A DNA stretch of 63,922 bases, filler included, from Candidatus Aminicenantales bacterium (GTDB lineage Bacteria > Acidobacteriota > Aminicenantia > Aminicenantales > Saccharicenantaceae), in the NCBI GenBank assembly GCA_049512315.1. It is 3 parts of 3 records of this genome, joined end to end, with 100 filler letters (N's around TTAATTAATTAA, not from the genome) between each part and the next. Parts side by side here need not be neighbours in the genome. Positions count along the whole stretch, not along the records: positions 44,473 to 63,922 come from JBEKXF010000042.1; 2 more parts are not named here. One strand, written 5' to 3'. Positions 49,027 to 58,638 of the stretch are shown piece after piece. The notes beneath the pieces were generated by a model. That model did not search any database and had not been told where the DNA came from. It saw only the letters and a program-made list of their open reading frames with translations. The position numbers and the translations under genes are program-made. Each line of letters opens with the position of its first letter. The first letter of the stretch is position 1.

Positions 49027-50769
49027 CTATCGCCGGCCCGCCAGGAGCATTTTAGCGACCACCTCTCCCCCGTTCGTCCGGAAGATCATCGGCAGCGGCC
49101 GGTCAAGACCCTCCACGAACTCCGGCGCGTTCTCCCACCTGTAGTTGAGGACCAGGGCGTAGTCCGAGAAATGCTGCCAGCGCCGCCGGGCGAGGCCCGT
49201 CACCATGTGGATATGATTGGCCGGCATCCCCATTTTGGCCAAGCTTGCCGGGACGTGGTCGAACGTCAGGAACGTGTGCGGCCAGGTGTAATCCGAGGCG
49301 TGGCAGACTTTTTCGGCCAGCTTGGCCGGGAGCTCGACGCTCTGGGCCTCGTCCTGGACCATGGTGAACATCCCGCCGAGGTCCGAGTAGGCGATCCGGC
49401 CGGCCATCCCGCGGATCCCCTTCGGCGACAGGTAGCTGACCGAGAACCCGAGTCCCGGGAAGTAATCTCCGACGGCCTTGAACAGGAACCATCTCTCGCC
49501 GTAGTCGAGCGACGCCGAGCCGGAATTGTCGCCGTCGATGAAGCCCCGGACTATCCAGGGCTCGTTCCTGAGCCTCTCCAGATTGATGCCGAGAGCGCGG
49601 GCGTTCCGCTCGATCTCCCAGGGCTCGTAGACCTTGCGGAAATCCATGAAGAGGGTCGGGTGGCCGCCCGACAGATAGCAGTAGGCGATCATGGTCAGGA
49701 GCCCCTGGATGTCGTTCTCGGTCGCGAACGGGACGACGGGCTTCTTTCCGGTATGGTCCTCCGTCGAATTGAAGAGGGATTCGGCGATGTCGGCCGTCGG
49801 GAGCGGGATGCCGCGCCGATCCGAGCCCCAGGCGAGTTGGCCCGTCCAGCCGCCGCCGACCGCGTTGACGTCCCTCATGTAGTTCCGGATGATCAAGTAA
49901 AGGGCCAGGCCCTCGTCGAGCTTGGCCGTGTCCGCCGCCGAGAGCGCCGGGGCTTTGGCCTCCGAGCCGGTGTAGACGGCCCGGCCGAGCTTCTTGATCT
50001 CGTCGGTATTGGTGAAGATCCGGCTTTTGAACTTGACGTTGACGACCCAGTCGCGGAGCGCCTTGAGCTCCTTGGGGTCGTAACCGCCTTTCTTCTGAAG
50101 CATGTCGGCGAAGAGCTTCATGGACTCCCGTGCGCTTTCGAGCCCGAAGAACCGTCGGGCCGCGTGGACATGGTTGAGCGCCGTCTCCATCTGCATGGAA
50201 TCCGTGTCGACGGCCAGGTAACGCCGGCCCTGGAGGGCGATCCTCGTTAGGACGGCGTAGGCCAGGTCGACGATCTCGTCCTGGGTTTTCCCATCGAACT
50301 CCGGGGTCAGCCCCGACTCGGGCATGGAGCCAATGACCATGGGGCAGAGCCGGCCCGTCTGGGCGTAGGCCCCGACCAGGGCGTCGATGCCGACGACCCC
50401 CGGCTTCGGGGCGTTGTTGCCGCCGACGCAGGCGATCGGCGTCGTCGGGGGGAAATGGGCGGTCAGGGCCATGGCCGTCTTCCCCGGGAAAAACCAGGTG
50501 TCGGGGACGATAAAGATCCCGCCGACCCCGGCTTCTTTCAACTCCAGGGCTCCGGCATCGGCCGTCCGCTCGCTGTCCACGAGGTGAGAGCAGGCGAAGA
50601 TATTGGGAGCGCTCCCGTCGGGGAGACGCAGCCTCTTGCCCAGCAGGCCGGCCGTCATCTTCCCGATGTTGAAAGCCCGCGTCCTCGATCCCTCGTCGAT
50701 CCGGGGGTCGCAGGGGACGAAAATCCCAAGGGTTGGGACACCCGGCTTTTTCTTGCCGACGTACGGCAT
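49027..50769 (-). CDS. fucI: L-fucose/D-arabinose isomerase
   Basis: AESLFNS, ATEND, FMDFR, D.TWP.TF, ANH metal-ligand motifs. Confidence 0.85.
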   Translation of the reverse strand: MPYVGKKKPGVPTLGIFVPCDPRIDEGSRTRAFNIGKMTAGLLGKRLRLPDGSAPNIFACSHLVDSERTADAGALELKEAGVGGIFIVPDTWFFPGKTAMALTAHFPPTTPIACVGGNNAPKPGVVGIDALVGAYAQTGRLCPMVIGSMPESGLTPEFDGKTQDEIVDLAYAVLTRIALQGRRYLAVDTDSMQMETALNHVHAARRFFGLESARESMKLFADMLQKKGGYDPKELKALRDWVVNVKFKSRIFTNTDEIKKLGRAVYTGSEAKAPALSAADTAKLDEGLALYLIIRNYMRDVNAVGGGWTGQLAWGSDRRGIPLPTADIAESLFNSTEDHTGKKPVVPFATENDIQGLLTMIAYCYLSGGHPTLFMDFRKVYEPWEIERNARALGINLERLRNEPWIVRGFIDGDNSGSASLDYGERWFLFKAVGDYFPGLGFSVSYLSPKGIRGMAGRIAYSDLGGMFTMVQDEAQSVELPAKLAEKVCHASDYTWPHTFLTFDHVPASLAKMGMPANHIHMVTGLARRRWQHFSDYALVLNYRWENAPEFVEGLDRPLPMIFRTNGGEVVAKMLLAGRR

Positions 50770-50787
50770 GGCTCCTCCTTCGGACGG

Positions 50788-51720
50788 CTAAATGTACTCG
50801 ATTGTGGCCGGCGGCTTGGATGTCAGCTCGTAGGCCACTCGGCTGACGTCGGGGATCTCCTTGGTGATCCTCTTGGCCATCCTGGTCAGAATGTCAAAGG
50901 GCACGGGCGTCGGCTCGGCCGTCATGGCGTCCTGGCTCTCGACCGAACGGATGATGATGATGTTGCCGAAGGTCCTCTTCCCGCCCGAGATCCCCGTGCC
51001 CTTGTCGGCGAGAAGGACGGCGAAGGCTTGGAACGGCTTGAGCGGCGCCACCTCCTCCTCGACGATCACCGTGGCCGCCCGAACGAGGGCCACCCGCTCG
51101 GGCGTCACCTCGCCGATGACCCGGGTCGCAAGGGCCGGGCCGGGGAACGGCATCCGGTTGTAGATCTTCTCCGGCAGGCCGAGCTCCTTGGCCACGAGCC
51201 TGACCTCGTGCTTGAAGAGTTCCTTGATGGGTTCGACGACCTTGAATCCAAAGCCTTTCTCGGGGTCGATGCCAATCTGCTCCAGGATGTTGTGCTGAGT
51301 CTTGACGCCCTTCTGGGTCTCGATGATGTCGGCCGCGATCGTCCCCTGGACGAGGAAAGGGGCCTTGCTCTTGAGGACCTCCCGGCCGAAGGAACTGTAG
51401 AACGCGTAGCGGAAGGCCTTGCGCTTCTCCTCCGGGTCGGTTTTCCCCTTGAGGGCGGCGAAGAACTCGTTCTTGGTATCAACGATGTCCACCGCGATCC
51501 CCAAGCCCTTGAAGATCTTAGCGACCCCCTGCGACTCGCCGGCCCTCATCAGGCCGTTGTCGATGAAGACGCTCTTGAGCTGGGAGCCGAGGGCGCGATG
51601 GGCCAGGACCGTGCAGGTGGAGCTGTCGACGCCGCCCGAGAGGGCCGAGATGGCCTTCCCTTTCCCGACGGTCCTCCCGATCTCCTCGACTTGGGTCTCG
51701 ATGAATTTCTTGACGTTCAC
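50788..51720 (-). CDS. guaA: GMP synthase ATP-pyrophosphatase (B) subunit, no GATase domain
   Basis: LSGGVDS, DPEEKRK, QGTI..D, KTQHN, PFPGP, SKPPATIE; GTG start after GGAGG. Confidence 0.9.
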   Translation of the reverse strand: MNVKKFIETQVEEIGRTVGKGKAISALSGGVDSSTCTVLAHRALGSQLKSVFIDNGLMRAGESQGVAKIFKGLGIAVDIVDTKNEFFAALKGKTDPEEKRKAFRYAFYSSFGREVLKSKAPFLVQGTIAADIIETQKGVKTQHNILEQIGIDPEKGFGFKVVEPIKELFKHEVRLVAKELGLPEKIYNRMPFPGPALATRVIGEVTPERVALVRAATVIVEEEVAPLKPFQAFAVLLADKGTGISGGKRTFGNIIIIRSVESQDAMTAEPTPVPFDILTRMAKRITKEIPDVSRVAYELTSKPPATIEYI

Positions 51721-51857
51721 GGGCACCTCCCTCTCTCGTATTTTCCTCATCATACCGATTTCGCGGATTGGAATCAAATCCTGCGTCGTGAGGATTTCCC
51801 GGCGCGGGGTTTTGCAAGTCCCATCGTCATTAATTGATTTATAATGTGCAAGTTATA

Positions 51858-51904
51858 ATGGGGTCAGGTCTATGAAAAGTGCAAATTTGAAGATTTGACC
51901 TCCA
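51858..51904. repeat. REP-like palindrome
   Basis: GGGGTCAGGTCT ... AGATTTGACCTC. Confidence 0.4.
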
Positions 51905-52031
51905 ATAAAAGATTAGCCGCGGCCGGAGGGAGGGCCCCCCTTTACAGGTGAGGGTAGAGGACGATTTATCCCCTTCCGATTAGCCCGGAAAGACGATTGA
52001 CCGCCGGGAAGCGCCCTGCGACCATGAAGCC

Positions 52032-52165
52032 ATCGCAAGGAGGGCCTCATCCAAGGCTATTGCGAGAAATGGAGCAGGATAACGGGGATTCCTCTCCAGG
52101 CCCTCCTTGCCTCCTTTCACCTCCTCAAAATCCGGGAACGGGTCAAGGGACCCGTTCACCGGTTT
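52032..52165 (+). ncRNA. Candidate structured small RNA
   Basis: Promoter-like TTGACC-17-GACCAT with TG; 13-bp stem 52035-47/52098-110; CU-rich linker; terminator-like hairpin 52132-52165. Confidence 0.45.
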
Positions 52166-52234
52166 GAAAAGCCGCTCCCTGCCTGCTAAGCTAGAAGGGG
52201 CGGGCCAACGGGCCTCGCCCGAGGAGTGACCACG

Positions 52235-52900
52235 ATGAGAAAAATCGTCAGCGGCTTAGTGGTTGTCGGCTTCGTCCTCTCGAGCATGAGTTGCGTCACC
52301 ACCGACAATGCCGGGCAGGGCGCCCTCGTCGGGGCGGCGGGTGGAGCCATCGTCGGCAGCCTCATCGGCGACTCCACGGGGGACGCGATCCTCGGCGCGA
52401 TCATCGGGGCGGCCATCGGCGGGGCCGCGGGGGCTTATATCGGCAGCTACATGGACCGGCAGGCGGCCGAGATGCGGCAGGGAGTCGAGGGCGCGGAGGT
52501 CGAGCGCCTCGGCGAGGGAATCCGTGTCACGTTCGACATCGGCCTGTTCTTCGAGGGAGGCGGCTTCGAGCTCCTCACGGCCGGCCGCGAGAGCCTGGCC
52601 GGAATGGCCGTTATCCTCAACCGGTATCCCGATACCCACGTTTTCATCGAAGGCCCGGCCTACGTTCCCGGGAGGTACGAGCCGGACGTCGCCCTCTCCG
52701 AGCGCCGGGCCAGAGTCATGGCCGACTTTCTGAACAGCCGGAACGTGCGGGCTGACCGGTTCACGGCAAGAGGGTACAGCCGGACGGAGTCCCGTGGCCG
52801 GAGCGATCCTACCGGCGGCCGCCTCCGGAACAAGCGAGTTGGCTTGGCCATCATGGCCAACGATAACCTGAAAAGAACAGCCCGGACCCAGGTGAGATGA
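52235..52900 (+). CDS. Glycine-zipper OmpA-family lipoprotein
   Basis: Signal with Cys, GA..GAA.G zipper, YMDRQAAE, LSERRA. Confidence 0.88.
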   Translation: MRKIVSGLVVVGFVLSSMSCVTTDNAGQGALVGAAGGAIVGSLIGDSTGDAILGAIIGAAIGGAAGAYIGSYMDRQAAEMRQGVEGAEVERLGEGIRVTFDIGLFFEGGGFELLTAGRESLAGMAVILNRYPDTHVFIEGPAYVPGRYEPDVALSERRARVMADFLNSRNVRADRFTARGYSRTESRGRSDPTGGRLRNKRVGLAIMANDNLKRTARTQVR

Positions 52901-52990
52901 ATCATATCAGCCGGAACCGGATGATGTCCCAGGCCGGATGAAGTCCCTCAGAAGAGGGGTTTCCGGCGTCCGCGCCTCTCCCTGATGGTT

Positions 52991-53539
52991 TCAAGCTCGG
53001 GGCGCCTGCTCTTCCGAAATGATCTTCTCGATCTCCGAATAGGCCTTCTTCAGGACCTCGCCGATCCGGCGGAGCTTCTCGCCGTTGATGCCGCGGGCCC
53101 GGCGGCCGATGAGCCTGCCGAGGTCGCGGATCTCGCCCATGACGTCCCGGAACTGGTCCCGGAATTCGGCGGTCCAGAACTCCCAGCCCTCTCTCGTATG
53201 GCCGGGCCCGAAACCGGGCCAGGCCCGGTCATGGATATCGTCCACGTTCTTGGCCTGCTCGGCCAGGAACTTCCGGCCTTCATCGGTGATCGTGTAGACG
53301 CGCTTCACCTCCTGACGGTCGGACGTGACATAGCCCGCCTCTTCGAGATACTGGAGGGTGGGATAGACCGTCCCCGGGCTCGGCGAGTAGAACCCGTGGA
53401 ATTTCTCCTCCAGCTCGCGGATGATCTCGTAGCCGTGCTTGGGCTTGTCTTTGAGCAGGTCGAGGATCAGGACCTTGAAATCGCCCTTATGGAACATGCG
53501 CTCCGGGCCCCAGTGACGAAAATGCTGCCCATCAAACAT
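52991..53539 (-). CDS. PadR-family transcriptional regulator
   Basis: HGYEII..LE, SPSPGTVYPTL, KRVYTITDEG. Confidence 0.93.
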   Translation of the reverse strand: MFDGQHFRHWGPERMFHKGDFKVLILDLLKDKPKHGYEIIRELEEKFHGFYSPSPGTVYPTLQYLEEAGYVTSDRQEVKRVYTITDEGRKFLAEQAKNVDDIHDRAWPGFGPGHTREGWEFWTAEFRDQFRDVMGEIRDLGRLIGRRARGINGEKLRRIGEVLKKAYSEIEKIISEEQAPRA

Positions 53540-53564
53540 GACTATCTCCTTTCATATCTGATAA

Positions 53565-53618
53565 ATATATTGCGATATATCTAAGTTATATCTTAATATA
53601 TCGTTTTGATCCTGTCAA
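53565..53618 (-). promoter_or_regulatory. padR promoter with phased ATATAT operator-like repeats
   Basis: TTGACA-17-TAAGAT; (A/T)TATAT at 53565/53575/53586/53596. Confidence 0.6.
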
Positions 53619-53695
53619 GGTCTTCCCCCCGGGCTCTTGCACGGCCCGGAGATTTGTTATATTTTTCCGATGAACTCCGTCCGAGGAAGGTCGCG

Positions 53696-55147
53696 ATGAA
53701 CAAAGCGGGCATGTCATTTCTGGCGATCTTATGGCTTGTCTTCTGCTGCTCCCTGGCTCCGTCTTCACCCCGTGCATCCGGCTCCGAAAGCGAGACCGAC
53801 CCCGTGGTCCTCAAGAAGCTCGAGTGGTTCCGCGATGTCAAGTTCGGCCTCATGATGCACTGGGGCCCTTACAGCCAATGGGGTGTCGTTGAATCCTGGA
53901 CCATCTGCTCGGAGGACGAACCCTGGTGCAGGCGCAAAATGGACAATTATGTCGAGTACAAGAAAGCCTACGAGGCCCTGCCCAGGACGTTCGATCCGGT
54001 CAAGTTCGACCCGGCGAAATGGGCGGCGGCCGCTAAGGCGGCTGGCATGAAGTATGTCGTCTTCACGACGAAGCACCACGACGGGTTCTGCATGTTCGAC
54101 ACGAAACAGACGGACTACAGGATCACGGGACCGGATTGCCCGTTCCACACGGACCCGCGGGCCGACATCGCCCGCGCGGTCTTCGGCGCCTTCCGGAAGG
54201 AGGGTTTCGGCATCGGCGCATACTTCTCCAAGCCCGACTGGCATTCGCCGGACTTCTGGGCGCCCGAATGGGCGACCCCCGACCGGAACGTCAACTACAG
54301 CATCGAGAAGTACCCGGAGCGCTGGCAGCGGTTCCGCGATTTCAGTTACCGCCAGATCGAGGAGCTCGTCACGGGCTACGGCAAGCTCGACATCCTCTGG
54401 CTCGACGGCGGCTGGGTGCGGCCCCAGCCCATGGTCGAGGCCGCTCCGGGTGTCTTGATCAAGAACACCAAGAACATGGACATCGACATGCCCCGGATCG
54501 CGGCTATGGCCCGCCGTCACCTGCCGGGACTACTTGTTGTGGACCGTTCCGTCACGGGCCGGTACGAAAACTACCGGACGCCCGAGCAGGAGGTCCCGGA
54601 CAAACCCCTCCCCTATGCCTGGGAGACATGCATGACCATGGGCGACCAGTGGTCCTACCTGCCGGGCGACCGCTACAAGAGCGCTCACCGGCTGATCCAT
54701 CTGCTCGTCGACATCGTCTCCAAGGGCGGGAATTTCCTGCTCAACATCGGCCCCGACGCGTCGGGCGAGCTCCCGGCCGAGGCCCTCGCCCGGCTCGAGG
54801 AGATCGGCGGCTGGATGGATGTCAACAGCGAGGCGATCTACGGGACCCGGCCGGTCCCGCCGTATAAGGAAGCGAAAACGTGCTTCACCTCGCTTGCGGA
54901 CGGCACGGTCTATGCCATCTATCTCGCCGACGAAGACGAGGCCGCGCCTCCGGCCAAGATCATGCTCTTTTCCCTGGCCCCGAAGCCGGGGACCGAGGTC
55001 CGGATGCTCGGGACGAAAGACCCCGTCCGCTGGGAAAGGGAAGGCAAGGGGGTCCTGCTGACCCTGCCGGCGCAGGCGGTCAAGGCCCCGCCATGCCGCC
55101 ACGCCTGGGTCTTCAAAATGCGGCCGGAGACGCCTGCGAAGGGATGA
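53696..55147 (+). CDS. Alpha-L-fucosidase (GH29)
   Basis: KFGLMMHWG, TTKHHDGF, LWLDGG, GGNFLLNIGP; signal peptide. Confidence 0.93.
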   Translation: MNKAGMSFLAILWLVFCCSLAPSSPRASGSESETDPVVLKKLEWFRDVKFGLMMHWGPYSQWGVVESWTICSEDEPWCRRKMDNYVEYKKAYEALPRTFDPVKFDPAKWAAAAKAAGMKYVVFTTKHHDGFCMFDTKQTDYRITGPDCPFHTDPRADIARAVFGAFRKEGFGIGAYFSKPDWHSPDFWAPEWATPDRNVNYSIEKYPERWQRFRDFSYRQIEELVTGYGKLDILWLDGGWVRPQPMVEAAPGVLIKNTKNMDIDMPRIAAMARRHLPGLLVVDRSVTGRYENYRTPEQEVPDKPLPYAWETCMTMGDQWSYLPGDRYKSAHRLIHLLVDIVSKGGNFLLNIGPDASGELPAEALARLEEIGGWMDVNSEAIYGTRPVPPYKEAKTCFTSLADGTVYAIYLADEDEAAPPAKIMLFSLAPKPGTEVRMLGTKDPVRWEREGKGVLLTLPAQAVKAPPCRHAWVFKMRPETPAKG

Positions 55148-58100
55148 CCGCCGTGCGGGTCCTCGTCCCCAATGCCGGGTGGCTCGTCCAGTGGCTGTCC
55201 CTGGCCACTTTCTTCCTTCTCGTTTTTCTTCTAGCGTCCGTTCTCCACGGCGGGGAGCGGCCGGAATGGCTCAAGGGCTATCAGAGAACGATTGGGGGCG
55301 AAACGATCTCCTATCACTCCCCCTTCCCCGACTCGAATTCCGCCCTGATCGTGAGGGCCACGGACGGGCGGATGTCCATCGAATGGGAGACCGAGCCCGT
55401 CCCGGAAGGGTTCCGGGGATCCGCCGCCATCTTCATCTGGATGTCGGGGCTGGCCACGGGCAAGGGGGCCCACCGGTTCGACCTCGACGTCAACGGCGTC
55501 CGAACCCTTGCCTTCACGACCTCCGAGGACTCTTCCCGCAGGACCTGGACGGTCGGCGGAGCGGGCGGCGCTTCCCTGTCCTTCGAGACAGCGATGGTCG
55601 ACCAGTTCAGCGAGCTTTTCGGGTTCATGCTCCTGACCGTGCCCGCAGCCCTTCTCCGGCCGGGCGAGCCCGTGCGGCTCAAGGTCACCGGAGAGAGAGG
55701 CGTGAGCCCCGATTGGTTCATGGTTTTCGAGGACGAGCTCGCGCCCGGGATCGCCGTCAAGAGCGAACAGGTCTCCGTCCGCAAGGACGGTGCCCTCCGC
55801 CAGCTCCTCCGGGTCGAGATCAGCCACATCGCCCCTCCTGCCGAGGCCGTCATCTCGACCGGAGAGGAGGACACGGTCAGGGTCCGTCTCCAGACCGGCT
55901 ACAATACCGTCTGCCTCTCCGTGCCCGCGGTCGATCGGGAGCGGGATGCCGTGGTCGAGGTCGCCGTCGAGGGCCGGCCGGTCCAAAAGGCCGGCCTTCG
56001 CCTCAAGCCCGTCGTCCCGAGGGAGATGTGGCTCCTCCCCCACTCTCACGTCGATATCGGCTATTCCGACCCGCAGCCGGTCGTGGAGAAAGAGCACTGG
56101 CGATATTACGAGGAAGCGATCGGGCTGGCCGAACGTTCGGCGGCGAACCCCGAGGGGTCCCGCTTCAAGTGGAACGTGGAGCAGCTCTGGGCGGTCGAGA
56201 CCTATCTCCGGCAGGCGGGCGAAGAGACCCGGCGAAAGTTCATCGACGCGGTCCGAAGCGGGGCGATCGGCCTCCAGGCGGCCCTGGCCGGGGAGCTGAC
56301 CGGGCTCTGCCACCCGGAGGAATTGTTCCACCTGACCGACTTCGCCAGGAAGGTCGCCCGCCTGACCGGAAAACCCGTGGATTCGGTCATGGTCACGGAC
56401 ATCCCGAGCCAGTCCTGGTCAATCGTGCCGGCCCTGGCCCTGGCCGGGGTCAGGTATGTCTCGAGCGGCCCCAATTACATGCCGAACCTCCCCGACGGCG
56501 GCGACCGGATCGGCTGGGCCCTCAAGACCTGGGGCGACAGGCCGTTCTACTGGGTCTCGCCCTCAGGAGAGGAGAAGGTCCTTTTCTGGATGGCCGGACG
56601 CGGATACTCCTGGTTCCACGGCCTTCACCTCGGCAACATCGGCTGCGCGTCTTGCGCCCGAATCTTCGATTACGTCGCCGAGCTCGCCGACCGGGATTAT
56701 CCCTATTCCATGATCCAAGTCCGCTACACGATCGGCGGGGACAACGGGCCGCCGGACCCGGGGCTCGCGGATTACGTCAAGAGCTGGAACCGGGAATACG
56801 AATCGCCGAAGCTCGTCATCGCCACAGCATCCGAAATGTTCGCCGAGCTCGAGCGGCGGCACTGCGATATCATCCCCTCGGTCCGCGGCGACTTCACTCC
56901 CTACTGGGAAGACGGGGCCGCCTCCACGGCCCTCGAAACTGCCATCAACCGGGGATCCGCCGAGAGGCTCCTCCGGGCGGAGACCCTCTGGGCCCTCGTC
57001 GCGCCGGAGCGCTATCCGTCCGACAAGTTCTACGAGGCCTGGCGGCAGGTCCTTCTTTTCGACGAGCACACCTGGGGCGCTGCCGACAGCGTCTCCGATC
57101 CCGACGGCGAAAACGCCCGCTTCCAATGGGGCATCAAGAAGGCCTTCGCGGCCGAGGCCGAGCGTCTTTCCCGGGAGCTCCTGGAAGAGGCCCGGACGCT
57201 CGCCGCGCCCACGGTCCATGCCCCGGCGGCACCCCGGACGGCCGTCGATGTCGTCAACACCTGCTCCTGGCCGAGGACCGATGTCGCCATTCTCTCTAAG
57301 GAGATGAGCGCGGCCGGCAACCTGGTCAAGGACGATGCGGGGAAACCCGTCCCGTCCCAGCGGCTTTCGACGGGTGAACTGGCCTTTCTAGCCTCCGAAG
57401 TCCCCGGCCTCGGAGCCCGGAGGTATTTCGTCGAGAGAGGGCCGGCCACGGCGCAGGGAACGGCCCTGGTCCGAGACAATACGCTCGAAGGCGGGACGCT
57501 GTCCGTGACCATCGACACGCAATCAGGGGCGGTCCGGAGCCTGCGCTGGAAAAACGGCCGGACCCTCGAGCTCGCGGATGCCGGCTGCTATCCCGGCCTC
57601 AACCATTATCTCTACGTCTCTGGGCGGGACCTCAGGGCCGCGGTCGGCGTCTCGCAGGTCAGGGTCCGGCCTGGCGAGACGGGCCCGCTCATTGCGTCGC
57701 TCGTCATCGAATCCAGAGCTCCTGGGGCCCGGTCGCTTCGCCGGGAGATCCGCCTGATCGACGGGCCGGGCCGTCTCGAGCTTCGCGACACGATCGACAA
57801 GGAAAAGGCCCGCGACAAGGAAAGCGTCCACATCGCCTTTCCCTTCAACGTTCCCGACGGGGTCGTCCGCGTCGACATCGGTTGGGGTTTTGTCCGGCCC
57901 GAGGTCGACCAGGTCCCCGGCGGCTGCCGGGATTTCTTCTGCGCCCAGAAGAGCATCGACGTCTCCAACCGGGATTACGGGGTGACGTGGACATCCCTGG
58001 ACGCCCCGCTCGTCGAGATCGGCGGCCTCACCGATGAAACGCTCGGGACGGGGAATGTCCGGGCCTGGCGCAAGAGTCTCGACCCCTCCGGGCTCCTTTT

Positions 58101-58530
58101 TTCCTACGCCATGAACAACTACTGGCACACGAATTACAAGGCCGACCAGGAGGGCCCGGTGATTCTTCGCTACGCCGTCCAGCCCCACGGCGGCTCCGGC
58201 ACTTCGGTCGTCAAGAAGCTCGGCCTCGAGGCCGTCAGGCCGCTCCTCGCCCTCCAGGCGGACGGAACGCGGCCGGTCCCCGGATTCGAGCTGTCCATCG
58301 GCCCGCCCGAGCTCGTCGTGACTTCTCTCAAGCCGACGTCGGACGGCCGGGGCTGGATCGTCCGGATCTTCAACGCTGTTGAGCGGCCCGAAACGCTCCG
58401 GCTGGCCGGACCGCTCGCCGACCGGGACGGCATCTACCTGAGCAACCTGCTCGAAGATCGGGTGAAACGGGCCTCCGGGCCCGTCGAGGTCCCCGGCTTC
58501 GGCATCGTCACGCTCCGCATCGAGCGTTGA
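55144..58530 (+). CDS. GH38-family (alpha-mannosidase-like) glycoside hydrolase
   Basis: HSHVDIGY, KWNVE, PYWEDGA, FDEHTWG, MNNYWHTNY. Confidence 0.85.
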   Translation: MTAVRVLVPNAGWLVQWLSLATFFLLVFLLASVLHGGERPEWLKGYQRTIGGETISYHSPFPDSNSALIVRATDGRMSIEWETEPVPEGFRGSAAIFIWMSGLATGKGAHRFDLDVNGVRTLAFTTSEDSSRRTWTVGGAGGASLSFETAMVDQFSELFGFMLLTVPAALLRPGEPVRLKVTGERGVSPDWFMVFEDELAPGIAVKSEQVSVRKDGALRQLLRVEISHIAPPAEAVISTGEEDTVRVRLQTGYNTVCLSVPAVDRERDAVVEVAVEGRPVQKAGLRLKPVVPREMWLLPHSHVDIGYSDPQPVVEKEHWRYYEEAIGLAERSAANPEGSRFKWNVEQLWAVETYLRQAGEETRRKFIDAVRSGAIGLQAALAGELTGLCHPEELFHLTDFARKVARLTGKPVDSVMVTDIPSQSWSIVPALALAGVRYVSSGPNYMPNLPDGGDRIGWALKTWGDRPFYWVSPSGEEKVLFWMAGRGYSWFHGLHLGNIGCASCARIFDYVAELADRDYPYSMIQVRYTIGGDNGPPDPGLADYVKSWNREYESPKLVIATASEMFAELERRHCDIIPSVRGDFTPYWEDGAASTALETAINRGSAERLLRAETLWALVAPERYPSDKFYEAWRQVLLFDEHTWGAADSVSDPDGENARFQWGIKKAFAAEAERLSRELLEEARTLAAPTVHAPAAPRTAVDVVNTCSWPRTDVAILSKEMSAAGNLVKDDAGKPVPSQRLSTGELAFLASEVPGLGARRYFVERGPATAQGTALVRDNTLEGGTLSVTIDTQSGAVRSLRWKNGRTLELADAGCYPGLNHYLYVSGRDLRAAVGVSQVRVRPGETGPLIASLVIESRAPGARSLRREIRLIDGPGRLELRDTIDKEKARDKESVHIAFPFNVPDGVVRVDIGWGFVRPEVDQVPGGCRDFFCAQKSIDVSNRDYGVTWTSLDAPLVEIGGLTDETLGTGNVRAWRKSLDPSGLLFSYAMNNYWHTNYKADQEGPVILRYAVQPHGGSGTSVVKKLGLEAVRPLLALQADGTRPVPGFELSIGPPELVVTSLKPTSDGRGWIVRIFNAVERPETLRLAGPLADRDGIYLSNLLEDRVKRASGPVEVPGFGIVTLRIER

Positions 58531-58638
58531 GCCGTGCTTTTGGCCAAATCAGGGGGAATTGATATAATGGATGCATCTTGACGTATCAGGCACGCGTTTG
58601 AGAACGATGAGCGTGCTCGATTCTTGCCTGGAGGTATC

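Noticed and set aside
51721..51860. Purine riboswitch upstream of guaA
   Set aside because: No recognisable aptamer consensus
51833..51862. Possible dif site (TTATAA-N8-TTATAA)
   Set aside because: 8-bp centre and no TTATGTTAAAT-like XerD arm
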